Source of the DNA: Vitrella brassicaformis CCMP3155
Taxonomy: Eukaryota > Protista > Chromerida
Length of the DNA stretch: 64,000 nucleotides
Reading direction: 5' to 3'
Assembly: GCA_001179505.1 (NCBI GenBank)
Contig: CDMY01000225.1
Location: 96,379-160,378 of the forward strand
Shown one piece after another: positions 24,004-37,068 of the stretch. Both the position numbers and the translations under genes were made by a program. Every line of letters begins with the position of its first letter. The first letter of the stretch is position 1. The notes beneath the pieces were generated by a model. That model made no database searches, was not told the DNA's origin, and saw only the letters and a program-made list of their open reading frames with translations.

Positions 24004-26757
24004 GTTCCGACGAGCCGAACGACAGCATTCCCCTTCTCAATGTGCGTGAGCTGCCTTTGCGTAAGGTGATGGACTACTGCGAGCATCATGTGGACCGGGA
24101 GGCATCGCCGATCTCCATTCCCATCATCAAAGACACCATTGAAGAGGTAAGACGGACAGAGAGATGTGTACGCCGGTCAGTTGATTGGATGAATTGCGGT
24201 TGCGGCAGGTTGTGGATGAGTGGGACGTCCGATATCTGGAGGAAATGACCTGCCAAACGCTGTGCGACGTCATCACGGTGAGAGAGCCGGACCGCCACAC
24301 GCGTGAATTCATAACACCATGCGCATGGTCCGTTTTCGTTTTGCTCAGACGGCCAGCTACTTGGATGTGGCCCCTTTGGTTGAGCTGCTGCAGGCCAAAA
24401 TCGCATTCGAGCTGATGGTGAGAGTAACTCATCGGACGATGCATTGGCCGGGGGCTGTCTGAGGTTTGTTGTCCGTTGGTGTGCAGAAGAAGACCCCTTC
24501 GCACATAGCCCTGATGATGCGCAAGGCGCTGGTGCGTGACATACATGCACTGCACTGCACGTACGATGCAAATGCCGGACATGTTCGTATCCGTATATCG
24601 ATGATGCTGCAGGCGCCGAAGTTATGCCCGGCGCCTCAGCAGCCCATGCAGACCTTTGCCTCGAAACTACCGGTGAGCAACGAAAGATACTGGAGAGATG
24701 CAGCGGGTGTGGTGTGTATGATCTGCTGGTCTCTTCCCTCCCTCCCTCCCTCCCTCCCTCCCTACCTCGCTCGTGCAGTGCGATTTGCTCCTTACCACTC
24801 TGGCGTACCTGCCTCTCCGGCTCCTCGCCGACCTGCCCGGCGACGTGTGGGGCCGGCTGGCCACCTACTACACCCACCTCGTGATAGACTGCGCCGACCC
24901 GCGCTCGCGTGACTTCTTCGACCGCCTCCCCTTCCAGCGCGCACTCGAGTGGGGCATGACGCTGGCGCATCTGGAGCGCATCACTGTGCGCCAAATGACG
25001 GGTGCGTGGGGTGAGGAGGTGTGGGTGGGGGTTGTGGAGGGCCAAGCGTCCGGCCACACGTCAGAGCGGCCGGCGAAATCCGTCGAGAGCATCGCCTTTG
25101 AGACTGTCCCAGTGTCGTCCACGGCTCCCTGCCGTTCGCTGCTCATCCCGCCCCTGCCGCCCCTCCCCTCGCACGCACATCCATCCCTCCCCGACCTCAA
25201 GACGCTCACCGGCGTCGGCATCTCTCACACCAAGACGATCGACAGGCGGGGCTGGAAGATGAAGGCACTAGAGCGGGTGGAGGGCAACATGGTGACCAGG
25301 GACAACACCAGCTTTGGGACCGTCTTGGGGGGCGGGCAGGGCTTGCCGCGTGACGTGATGCTGACATTCATTGCGACGTCGGAGAGCCTCGCGCACCTCG
25401 ATGTGGCCATGAGGATGCAGAACCTTGCCGATGTGGTGTCTGCGATGTCTCCAGCGGCTGTGGCGGGCCTCAAGACACTCGGGCCACTCCTTCTGGCGCC
25501 CCTTCGCCGGGCAACGCCCAATGACAATGACGACTGGGCACTTCTCGACCAAGTGAAGGTAAGGATTGACTGCTTTGCACCGACCGACAAGTTGATTGCA
25601 TGTGTCTGTGAAATGCATTCGTTCAGGATATGCTCAGACAGCACGGCAGCTCACTGACGTCCATCAAGGCCACGCTGAGTGCGATCGGCATCCAGAGAGG
25701 ACCTCGGTACCTCTTCCCGACGTTGTCGGCGCTCCACCGGCTCAACGCGGCGGCCGGCAGCACACCGCAGACCCTCACGCTCGACTTTCCTGACCTCGAG
25801 GCGTGTTACGTGGACAGACGAGAAGGACCTCTTTCATTCTCACTGCCATTCATCGACCCCCTGCTGCCCCCAAACACCTCGGGCGTCTTCGCCGACTCGA
25901 TGAGCCGACTCGCCAGTGTCATCCCAAGCGTGCACTGGCGCATACCCAGCAACCCGCAGACACTTGCCGCACTCGACACCCCTACCGAGGACGAGAAGCG
26001 CCTCGCCTCCACTTTCACCTTCAGCAAAGCCACTGTGGTATCGGTGCGCTGTGATGCCCTCCCTGACAACGGCCCTGCCCCCATTCCCGCTATTCTGCCC
26101 CACCTGCCACTCGACGCACACCCAAATGCCACCCGCCTGGAGATCCACAGCGGCAACAGACGCGGCGTTGTCGAGCTGCTGGCTGCCAAGATGCCTGCGT
26201 TGGGAGAGGTGAGTGTCCGTCACTGGAGGCAGGGAATCCAGTTTGGCTGTTGGCTGGGCCAGCTGAGGTCATGGGGGTGCTCAAGGCGATCGGCCCAGAC
26301 AAGAAACTGACGAAGGTGGAGGTGTGTGTGGACGGCCTGGGGGAGGGCGGGCTGCAGTGGGGTGAGGAGAAGGAGCAGCTGCCTGAGATAGAACAGTTGG
26401 AGTGTTTTGTCGGTACGTACACATGTGGGGGCAACACGGGTACTGATGCATGGAAGAACGATGGACGGCTCGTTGATCTCTCTGCGTGTGTATTCAGTGC
26501 CTGACATCACTGGCGAGTCGTTGAGGGCGAGTGCTGAGGCCGCCGCCACGACTGTTGGATCCCTGATGAAGCTGAGAGCCATCCACAAGGCCACCGTCGG
26601 CTTTCTCGGCGTCCCCAGTCGGCGGAAGAAGGCCACAGCAGAAGCCTTTGAGCGACAGATCAGCACGGGGTCGTCGGACGGCTTCAGCGTGACGATGCAG
26701 ATGGCACCGGCGGGGAAGGAGCCCTCGGTGTCACTGACTGCTTCTCGACCGCCTTAA
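24004..26757 (+). CDS. Skp1-like domain fused to an F-box-like motif and a long C-terminal domain (5' end unresolved)
   Basis: IPLLNVRELPLRKVMDYCEHH...WDVRYLEEMTCQTLCDVITTASYLDVAPLVELL...KKTPSHI (Skp1 pattern) splices in phase 0 to FASKLPCDLLLTTLAYLPLRLL (F-box-like). The junction near 26210-26260 is not resolved. Confidence 0.75.
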
Positions 26758-27285
26758 TTGACGTGTCGCAGGTGAGCGAACAAACACAGATCTGAAATAT
26801 GAATGGTTGGTCATTTACATGTCGGTTTTAGGCCATGGGTGCGAGTCCGAGGCCATGGCGGTAGCGTACGATAGAGGGAGGGAGGGAGGAGGGAGGGAGA
26901 GAGGGTTGCTCTTCTGCATGTTGATAGTGGGACAATGAATGCGGAAGTTAACAACCGAACCATGGCCAAGTTGGAATGGGTCACTGGATCGGTATACGTT
27001 GCCTGGCGGCTGGGTGTCGTATGGAGGTCATTGAATGTCTGCACAGAGGGCGGCCAAGTGGACAATCCACACAAACGACACGACAGGCCTTAACTAATGT
27101 CTCTCTAGTTGGTATGTGTCAGTCACATGTCCACTACCCGACGAGGTGCGCGAAAAGGTGGTGCTTCGGCCGGCGAAGCTCGCCGGCGGCTCTTCGGCAT
27201 CTCCACCTCCGGGCATGAAACCCTGGAATCGTTGAGCATGCAGCAGGGGGGGCAAGAGGGGGCCAGGCCAGCCTGCGTGGCAAAG

Positions 27286-30200
27286 ATGTGGGGTTTGCTG
27301 CACACGCAGCGCAGCCCCCGTCTGCAGGGCCAGGGGGGCGACAGTGTGAGAGACGGCCACAGCCGCCCCAGTGGTGTTGAAGAGGCGTGCTACATCCAGC
27401 TGCCGAGAGTCGACGAAGGCGACGATGCCGCACAGCAGGCCAAGCAGCAGGCCATCCACCACACACAGACGTCGACAGACCATCCCAAGGTCACCCTGCA
27501 ATGCCCTTGTGGCACAGTGACCAGCGGCTGCCTCTGATGAGTGGTGTCTGTGTGCGTCTGTCTGTCCACTGCAGATGGCGTCGGCGTCGAGTGAGCATAT
27601 TCCTCTGCTGCTGGACGATGGCCAAGGGCTGATGGAGCCCCAGCTGCCGGACGTCACCGATGACATCACCAAGGCACCGAGACGCTTCGAGCAGGTGGGC
27701 TGGTGTGAGTCGACTCTGAGGCCTCTCGGACGTCTGTGTGTCATCTGCAGGTCCCCTTGGTGGGTGCCCCGGCCGCCGACGATTGGGAACCGACGGACGC
27801 ACTGAAAGACAGCATCAAGAAGGCCATCGAGGAATCAGATGTGGAGGGCCTGCGGAAGGTCCTCGACGGTCTGTCGCCTGAGCAAACCGAGAAAGCCCTG
27901 ACGACTGGAAAGTGGAACCACGACTTCCTGACATCTGCCATTCACTATGCCGCATGTATGCATCGTCGCATCACAACACACACATGATGATGCAGCTGCC
28001 TGGCCCCTGTGTGTGCTCCTCAGGGGAGCGTAAGGATGTGGCGGTGTTTGAGGTGCTGCTGGACAACAGACGCCACCTGCTCAACCTGAAAGATAAGAAG
28101 GTATCGTGCTCGACAATTACACTCATTCTGCCCATTGGCTGACCGATCTTCTCACTCCTACCCTCATGATGTGTCTGTAGTATGGCGGGACGCCCCTTCA
28201 TTTGGCAGCAGGAGAAGGGTTAGTTGGTGTTGTAGAGAAGTTTGTCGAGTGGGGCGGAAAGGAGCTGCTGGAAGCTCGGACCAAGGTAAGGACGAGGGGA
28301 CGTCGACTGGTGCATTGAACAGCATGTGTCTTCTTCATTTTGTGTCTATAGTTTGGCAACACGCCTCTTCATTGTGCAGCAAGAAAGGGGTCAGTTTGGG
28401 TTGTGGAGAAGTTTGTCGAGTGGGGCGGAAAGGAGCTGCTGGAAGCTCGTGACAATGTAAGGATGAGGGAATGTCGACTGGTGCATTGGACAGCATGTGT
28501 CTCTTTCATGCTGTGGATGTAGAGTGGCGAGACGCCTCTTTATTGGGCAGCAAGTCAGTCCCTCCTGCAAATGACAGCCACACAAGTGCATGAGTCTTCA
28601 ACGTGTCTCTTGGGAATGGCAGTGTCGATGTGGTGGAGTGGATGTTGAGGGTGAACCCACAGCTCCTGAAGATCCAAGACAAAGTAAGTTGCACTGCACC
28701 TATCGAGCCCCGTGCCTGAACTGTCCCTGGTTATGTGACTCTGATAGAACGGAAGGACGCCTGTCGATGCTACCCTCAAGAGAAAAAAGGAGCCGAAAGT
28801 CCTCGCTGCGATGGTTGTGTTGGTTGAGGACCTGGCTGTGAAGCTGGTCGAGCGGGGCGCGAAAATGGAAGATGTGACCGCTCAGGATCTCAAGGAGATG
28901 GTGCCCCTCACGAAGGGATACCTGAAGGACCGCTCTGAGTCGCTGGGCCTCGGCAGCCTTCGCTTGTGTGCCATCTTCCGCAAGCTGATGCAGACACGAC
29001 AGAAGGACTCCCTCACAGAGTGCGATTGAACAGAAGGGAAGCGATACAATGCTGACATCTGTATGTCTGTGTGAGTACCTGCAGTGACATCGGGACCGTT
29101 GCGGACTGGCAGGAAGTAATCAGGAAGGAACACACACACCTGCATTCTGCATTGACCCATCGGTTCAGGCGCTCACGGCGACTTTCTGCAGCGATACAGA
29201 CGAAGCCTTGTTCCGAAACTCACTTGCAGGCAGAGAGAGAGTGGTTTGCGCTGCTCGAGTCTGCGGAGCCCCTGACAGTAGTGACTCAAGGTAGCCAACA
29301 CAGAGACTTCCCCCCTGTCTATGTCAAGGCGCTCGTTTCTCCTCCCCCTTCCTGCTGCGAATGATTGTGATAGCCAACTGCATCTCTCTTGTCGAGAAGC
29401 ACTGGCAACCACCGTACGAAGGAGGGCCGACGATACCCCTATCGCCCCGCGATGTCTTCATTACCCGCGTGCTGTCAATGCTGTTGATGTAAGACGGCAG
29501 CTATGGACCACAATGGAGGCAGAGAGAGCGCATGGCATCTCTTCTCTGTGTGCTTTGCAGGGTGGCCTTTGTGCTGCTGCACATCGAGTCCATCAAGGGG
29601 GACAGCATGATTGAGAGTGCCGTGATGGGCCAGTCAGTGTAGCTGTGGGGGGCAGTGCTGACCGGCAGCGGCTTCGTGATTCAGGAGGCCTTCCAAGTGA
29701 GACAGACGAGAGGAGACACGCCTGACTGAAAACTATGACATATGTCATCGTCTGTGTGTGTGCAGGGCATCCGGCTGAAGGCAGCCTACTGGGCCGACTC
29801 ATGGTACGAGTCCGAAATGCAGAGACAACCATACTGGCGACTGCAGAGACACCGAGTGGCGGCTTTATGTGTGCTGTTGTTGGCATACATCACTGCAGGA
29901 ATGTCATCGACATGTCTTCAAGCCTGGCGATCGCGGCCTTCATTGCCGTCCACTTCTTGGGCTACTCTGCCGAGGCGGAAGTGAGCTCATTGATCGTCAT
30001 AGCGCTGCTCTTTGCGCTGCGCCTCCTGCAAACCGCCAGTCTGCACCCAGCCGTGGGACCACTCATACTGTCAGTGAGAGAGAGAACCACACGGCCGCAC
30101 ACAGAGAGAGGCGTCTGATGCTGTGTGTGTGTCAGTGCGGTAGTGAGGATGTTTTCGGACATCAGCATGTTTCTGTGTCTGTACGTCTACATCCTGCTGG

Positions 30201-31700
30201 TCTTCGCGGGCGTCTTCACCGTCCTCTCGTCCGACGAAGACCACCAGTACTTCGGCTCCTTCCCCAAAGCCACACTCACTCTGTGCGCATGGGACCTCAG
30301 AGAAGACACAGAGGAAAGGGACACCGGCCTCTCTCCGTCTTGTTGTGTTGTGCAGTTTCTTTGCCGGACAGGGCGACTTCAACGAGGCGCTGACCAACGC
30401 CATAGAGAGCCACGACACGCTGGGGGCCGTCCTGCTGTTCACATACGTCATCCTCTCCTCCATCATACTCGTACGGCGGCACCACTCGTTCACTCAGCAA
30501 CACACACACAATCGATGGCACCCTCTGTGTCTGCCGCTGCGCATCAATAGCTCAACCTGCTTATCGCGATTATGGTGAGACAGACAGAAAATACACTCAT
30601 ACGGGACATTAAGCGGCTCCTGCGTGCGTATTTGTCTTGTGCGTCAGGCGTCAACGTATGCGGCCATCGAGCAGACACAGACCGCACAATATCAGTGAGG
30701 CGACAACCGACATGACAACCGACAAGACAGACAGACAGACAGACAGACAGCGGCTGACAAGGACTCTGCCTGCAGGTTACTGCGGATTCGCGTGCTGAAT
30801 GAGTACCTGAATATGCCGCTCCACGAAAGACTGCCGCCGCCATTCAACCTCATCGGTCGGTGCTATAAGAGACATAAACTGCATCCATAACATGTGAGGG
30901 GCATCTGTGCGTTTTTAGCTGTGGTCGTGTCGGAGCCCCTGCGATATCTCGCCTCCCTCATCAGCGAACAACGGAGAGAACAGTCGGCACTCTGCTGCAT
31001 TGCCTTTTGGTCGATGAAGGCCGTCTACGTCACCGTCGACGGACTCCTGCTTGTCGTCGCCTTCACACCCGTGACCATCTACAAAGTGCTGGGGCTACTC
31101 CTACAAAGGATACGGGATGGGAACTATATGGACGTACTGTGCGCGCCCCTTATCATCCTCCTGTGGCCCGTTTTTCTTCTGTGCCAATACGCCCAGCGAG
31201 TGAGGGTCAAAAGACAAGTCACATGAGACAATCAATGACCTCGTCTCGTTTCTCTGGAATGTTTGGGTAGGACTCCTTGTTTTCATTTGACGCCACCGAA
31301 ACTGACAGTGACAGTCGGAGATGGCTGATAAGAGGCGTGAAGCACGGGAATCAATCAAGGACAGCATCGACAAATGGATCGAGGCGGCAGACCATCACGA
31401 CTCGGGCGTACCTGACGTGATAACAGGTGAGACAGGGACGCAGATATGGCGTTTTACAAGGAAGGCGTCTGTGTCTGTCCGGCGTGCAGCCCTCACGCAC
31501 TTCAAAGCGTACGTCAAAGATGAGATTCACTCAGGTGATGAGGATCATCTGTCTTAAGGAAAGACGGAGGCATATTCGCCTCACTCCATCTCGACTTCTC
31601 TCTCTCCCTGTCGGACTGTCCCCCAGTTGTGCAGCAGATGGACAAGCGACAGACGGAGATGGAGGCGCACATCAAGGAGATGAAGGCGAAGCTGAAATGA
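27286..31700 (+). pseudogene. Ankyrin/TRP-like cation channel, copy 3 (extra ankyrin exon; two lesions)
   Basis: Same exon set as the other copies, with a tandemly duplicated ankyrin exon (28181-28455). The splice acceptor is deleted at about 28610 and there is a 2-nt shortfall in the AG repeat at 29232-29241. Pore FFAGQGDF; stop TGA at 31698-31700. Confidence 0.75.
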
Positions 31701-32477
31701 ACATGAGACACTGGATGAAACACCAATTGTGATGGATGGCCTATGGAAACATCAATTGCCCACGTGCCTCAATCTGTGTGACGCCATTGACCTTCCAAAC
31801 TCATACAGTGACTGGTCTCTGCCCGGAACAGATGATGGGAGGCATCATTTGGCTAACCTTGAGACGTGACGAACATAGAGATTGGCGACATCTCATAGCA
31901 CCGCCATTCTTGTCGATGGACTGCGTGAGACACCAATGCGACGCGGCAATCTACGTATGCCCCCTGGTGCATGATGCTCAGTGACACTGAGACGAACGCC
32001 GTGAGCATATGATCGTTTGTCGAAGCGAACAGCAAACCCGTCGTAGTGAGCAACGGATAATCCAACTAAGTGTTGGCTTTAATTTGATGGTTGAAGCAAA
32101 AAGTGGGTCACACAAGGCAGCAGCGTCTGTCCCTCACCGAATCACGAGCATTACAATTCATGCACACACACATGTCAGATTTTGGCGCACCACGCTGAAC
32201 CAGGAGAATATCGTTCCCCTCCTGGCACAGAACACAGACAGCCGTGTGCGTGTCTCTCTCTCTATGTATATATCGGCCAACGAGACACTCACTTTGGGCG
32301 ATGCCGCCAGTCGTGCTCCCAGACTTGGAATCCATGTCGGGGCCGATGCAGGGCGCAGGGTGCGTCGGACGGGTGTCTTGGGCACGCGAGCCGGTGGCGA
32401 TCATACGAGACACAGCAGCACGATGAGACATATGGAGGCAGCAAAAGGTCTTCGCGATATAAAATACAGGCAGCGAT

Positions 32478-35400
32478 GCTAACGCGACGGGAGAGGAGAG
32501 ACAGTACATTCGCTCAATGTGTGTCGGCCCCCCTCCCTCTCTTTCCTTACTTCATGTGCCGTCGGTGTCAGGTCTTCCCACATGCCAGCGAGCGCCTCCA
32601 CACCTCCTACCCGGGTGCCCAGTCGGGACACGGCCCTGACGGCAGGACAAGTCCGTCGTTGTGGCTCTGCGACGATCCTTCAGACGCGACACTCGAACAG
32701 AGGGTATGGCCGCCACGGTCGCCTAGCCCTAGGAAATGACCGATGGTGTATTGTGTTGTGTTGTTGGGGGTTGGTTTACTGCTCGTGATGAGGTCCTGTA
32801 GTTTGATAGCGATCGATCCGCCGCCGTCGGGGGTCGCCGTGGTCGCCAGGTTCCTCACGCGCAGCCACACCTCGTCGAGGACCCCCCTCTGACGACTCAC
32901 ACGCCTCACACGCTTCGCACGCCGACAAAGGACAACAGGCAGCCCGAAGTGTGTGTGTCGGTGTGTATCTCTTTTGGGTCTGGGGAATTTCCTACCAGGT
33001 ACGGGTGTGTTAGCGCTTCGAGTATCTTGCGCTGCGCACGGGGGACGATATCGGCAGCTGTTGGAACGCACGCAGGCACACGAAGCATTAAAGATGTTGC
33101 CTGTAGGCTCTTCTCCATCTATCTGGGCCCTGGCGATCTCACTGAGGTTGGTGGAGCAGAGGATACCCTCGAGCATCGTACGGCGCTGATCCAACATTGC
33201 CGCAGGCGTGAACGAGGGGAAGAACGCACAGGCTAACAAGTAGAGACAGACACAAACACCATCACGTAGTGCGCCCGTTGGCAGGACTTTGCAGTGGCTA
33301 TTTTGCCTACCATTGATGATGGCGGAGATGGATATGGCTCTGAAATTCAGAGCCGACGCACCCACCGCCAGCTGCAGAAGCGCATGTGTGTCATCCATTC
33401 AGCAATCCATATGTGTGTGGATGGCTTGTGCGAGCACCAGAATACCTGTCGCTGCGAGGTCGAATCCAGCACCGCCACAACGATGAAGTTCAACCCACCC
33501 TCTTCGCCCATCAGGGCAGAGGACACCGACGCAACGAATTCTGGCAGGCAGGACACCATCACAAGGGAAGAGAAATGAGAGAAAAGCGACTCGTAGTCGG
33601 CAGTGTTCCTTACCCTCCAGTTGATCAATCGTGCTGCGGGACGATAGCCACACCGGCTCGGTGCTCTGCGAGACGCAAAAGGACAGTCAAGCTCTGAAAG
33701 GGTGGATGGCGGTCGTTTCTCTCTCCTTTGTCATCCGACCTCTTCCAGGCGCTGGAGGGTGGATTTGAGGATTTCCGTGGCCAGCGTGGTCTCGTAGAGC
33801 GACGCGGCATGCGCACGGCCCAGCAGGGTGTACAAGCGCATGATCTGCACCGCAGGACACTCCAAGCGTTGCTGCAATTGATGCCGCATCGCTCGGAGCA
33901 CACACGAGCAGGTCCTGCGATTGATGCCAACAGCCTTTGGTGGACTCGGAGGCTCCTTTGATGCCCTGCTCTCGGTATGTCGGCGCCGCCGACGAGTCAG
34001 TCACCATAATCCAGCGCTGCTCCTTCGGCTTCGCAGCCTCAGCGCTGCTGATGTACCCGAGGTGCTTACGCAGGTACATCAGAAAGGGGGGGGGAGGGCG
34101 AGGCTTCCCCTCTCCCTGACCCTTACAGGCTCCACCAGCTGTAGACCTCGGCCAGCTGCCGGCTCTTGCTCAGCCGCTCTGCTGTTCCATGTTGCGGCTG
34201 GCTTAAGGTGGGCGAAATGGAGCCGAAGACGCGACTGTTCAGCTCGGCGCGTGATCAAGCTTGCGGCCGCACAGAGGATTGAACAGAGGTCATGTTGCAC
34301 TTACAAGATTTTTTCTCGCCGCTGTCTCAGTTCTCGCCGTTTGTAAATCCTCCGTGTCCACGCGCGCTTAAAAGGTGCTGGTAGAGGTTTTGTTTGGCGT
34401 TGCTGTGCGCTGGTAGAGGTTGTGTTTGGCGACATCCAGGAGGTGTTGGAGCGTCTGAGGACAACGGTGCACATCCAGGTGCGCAAGACCACCCTCATGC
34501 TGATGGCGGCTCAGAGAGCGGACACATTCCTGCCTGACCCGCTGCTGGACCTCATGAGCCTCCTGCTCGCCCCCTACCCCGATGATCGGCCTTCGAGCCG
34601 GCAGGTCAGGGAAGCCCACAGTCCGCCGCACATGTGTTTCTGTCGGTTGATGTGTGTGCGTCCGTGTGCGTGCTTGTGTGCGTGTGTGTAGGCCCTCAAG
34701 CACCCATTCATGCTCGTGGACGCCAAGATCTCCAACATGCTCAAATCCCTCATGGCCTTCCTTCCACCGTCCGCACAGCCATCACAGACGGCCTCCCTCG
34801 CCGCATCGGCACCGGCAGACCGGCCGTGCCCCCCCAATGACCCGCCGTCACCTGCATCGATCCCTCGCCTGCAACAGGAGCAGCCGAGCGGACAGCCACC
34901 AGAGGCGACCCTCGACGACCTGGAGGCCGTACTGAGGGGGGAGGCCAGTACTGGTCCGAGCAGGCCGAGGCGGAAAGGGCCCGCGTACGGCTGCAGGAGC
35001 AGCTGCGAGACGCACTGCGCCGGATCGATCAGCTCGAGAGGAGCAATCAGCAGAAAGACGAGCAGATCAGGCAGCAGAAGGAAGAAATAGCAGACGTAAG
35101 AGCACCAGACGTGATCCATGCCACCTGATGTGCCTTTCTGCGCGTGTGTATGCCTCCCTACCTGCCTGCCCAGGCCTACAACAACTCTCAGGAGATCCTG
35201 GCGCACTACAAGAAGGCCGCCTCTATCTTACCCTGAACACCACCACCAGAAGGCCGCCCAAGAGGTGTATGGATGCAAGAGAGGAGGGCACTCGCGTGTG
35301 TCGGTTTGTGACCCTTTTTGTGTCCGTCTGCATGCATCAGGAACGAGGCCAACTGCGAGCTGAATGCTCTTCGCGCGCAGACCCAAGATGCCAAGATGCC

Positions 35401-35532
35401 ATTGCAGGTGCTCTGCCGCTGCAAGACAAGCTCGCTGAGAAGGACAAGCAGCTCGCTGAGAAGGACAAGCAGATCCAGGCCCTCTACAACGAGCTGTATG
35501 CAGAGAGGGAGGGAGGGTGTAAAGTGCAGTGA
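32478..35532 (+). CDS. Divergent protein kinase-like protein with coiled-coil C-terminus (exon structure uncertain)
   Basis: LLDLMSLLLAPYPDDRPSSRQ/ALKHPF matches kinase subdomain XI. EALKML, LPLMMAEMDM and RCSFGFA are weak matches to earlier subdomains. Tail includes LAEKDKQLAEKDKQI. Confidence 0.4.
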
Positions 35533-37008
35533 TGTGGCACCAGGCCGATGCCATCAAGGGGAGCCCTTCGCTGTCGGCCCAGCCAGGGAGCGACTTGGGG
35601 GCTGGTGGGTGATCCAGCGTGCTGGGCAGTGTGTGTGCAGCAGCTACTGATTATGTAGGTTAGAGGGTGGCTGGCGAGTGGGCTTGCTTGCCGGTGGTCT
35701 GTGTCACTTGTCTGCCTGCACCGATGGACAATTTTCCAAACAGTCATTCAATCGTAGACCCCACCTCATCCATCGCTCTTCTTAAATTTCACCAGGACAT
35801 ATGTCGCAGAATGAGTGGCTTCTTCAAGAACACCTCGCATGTCTCTTTAATTCGCACCGACCCATCCCTTCAACATGAGCTATCTCTTTCCCATCGGAAG
35901 GCCCAATTCAGACAGACATGGCCCACACAGCACAGCGACGGCTATCTATATATACGCTGTCTGTACGTACGCTAACACATCATGTATGATCATAGGACAT
36001 GTAGGGTACGTCTATGTGCTCATGTCTCTAAGCAAAGCGTCCAAAGCCACAAAGCCGAGAAGACTGATAAACGTACCAAAGCTTTACAGGGGCCGAGCAA
36101 TATACAAAGCGGCGCTCGTGGATGGGCTGGCTTCTGTTCACGCCGGCGCCACCCGCTGTTTGTCTGCAGAGGTGTACACAGCCGAGTCGAACATGCGAGA
36201 GACACGTACATTGAGGAAAGGGAAGTGGTCGTGTGTCGCATAGTTTCCGTACCGATGAATGACTGATAGTAGAGAGCTCCGCAGCAGCCGTACTTATCTT
36301 GGTACTTATTATCCGAGGAATTTGCACTCAACCGCGCCTCCAAGTCATCACAATTGCCTGACACCAATGTGTACACGCAGAGAGAGAAGGAGGTGACATC
36401 TATCATGCATGTGGAGCAAGGATTCACCTGGCTCCAGTTCGATTTGAGCTTTGCGCTCCGGAACACGCCCCACGCCAAGGTCACCCTACATGCAGGCAGG
36501 CACAACCGCATGAAAACAGCCCACACCAAAAGGGTATTCGGACTGGTCGACTTACGTCGAGAGGGGGACGTTGGGGCAGCTCCCCAGGCTTTTTGGGCGG
36601 CCCTGTGGGACTCTCGTCCTCCGACTCCGGTGGTGTGAGGTCTCCGCTGCCGCTGCACTCGCCAGGTCTCTTGCGTGTTCCGCCCGGCGCGGGCATCAGA
36701 CTCACAAACTTGTTCCAGCAGAAGCCTTGTGTCGTCTGAATGCAGCAACGACGTGACGTACAATACTGAAGGGGGCGGACACAAGAGAAGCGTTTCTTTC
36801 TCTGCTTACGCGTGAGCAGAGCATCTTGATATAGTCATCTGCAAATCCGCGGGGGGTGCGCTGTCCATTTGCCCGCTTGACTTCAGACCCCATGGAGTTG
36901 AGGATAAGACCTATGTTGGTGAAGAAGCAGCGGTCGGTGCACAGGTTCGCCAAAGGCACCAAAACCGGGTCCAGCGCAGCTGTAAAAGAGGCAGACATTC
37001 AACTTGAT

Positions 37009-37068
37009 CTATTCGCGCTTCTCTGCCGCTATTCGCGCTTCTCTGCCGCTATTCGCGCTTCTCTGCCG
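37009..37068. repeat. Perfect tandem repeat, 20 bp x 3
   Basis: CTATTCGCGCTTCTCTGCCG occurs three times head to tail. Confidence 0.97.

Noticed and set aside
28381-28392. Apparent +1 frameshift in the G run of the duplicated ankyrin exon
   Set aside because: On recount the exon reads GCA AGA AAG GGG TCA and is in frame.
32607-33398. 263-aa minus-strand ORF
   Set aside because: No ATG-supported start or recognisable domain. It overlaps plus-strand exon/intron patterns and is likely a shadow ORF.
37009-37068. CRISPR-like array
   Set aside because: The repeats are contiguous with no spacers, there are no cas genes, and the context is eukaryotic.
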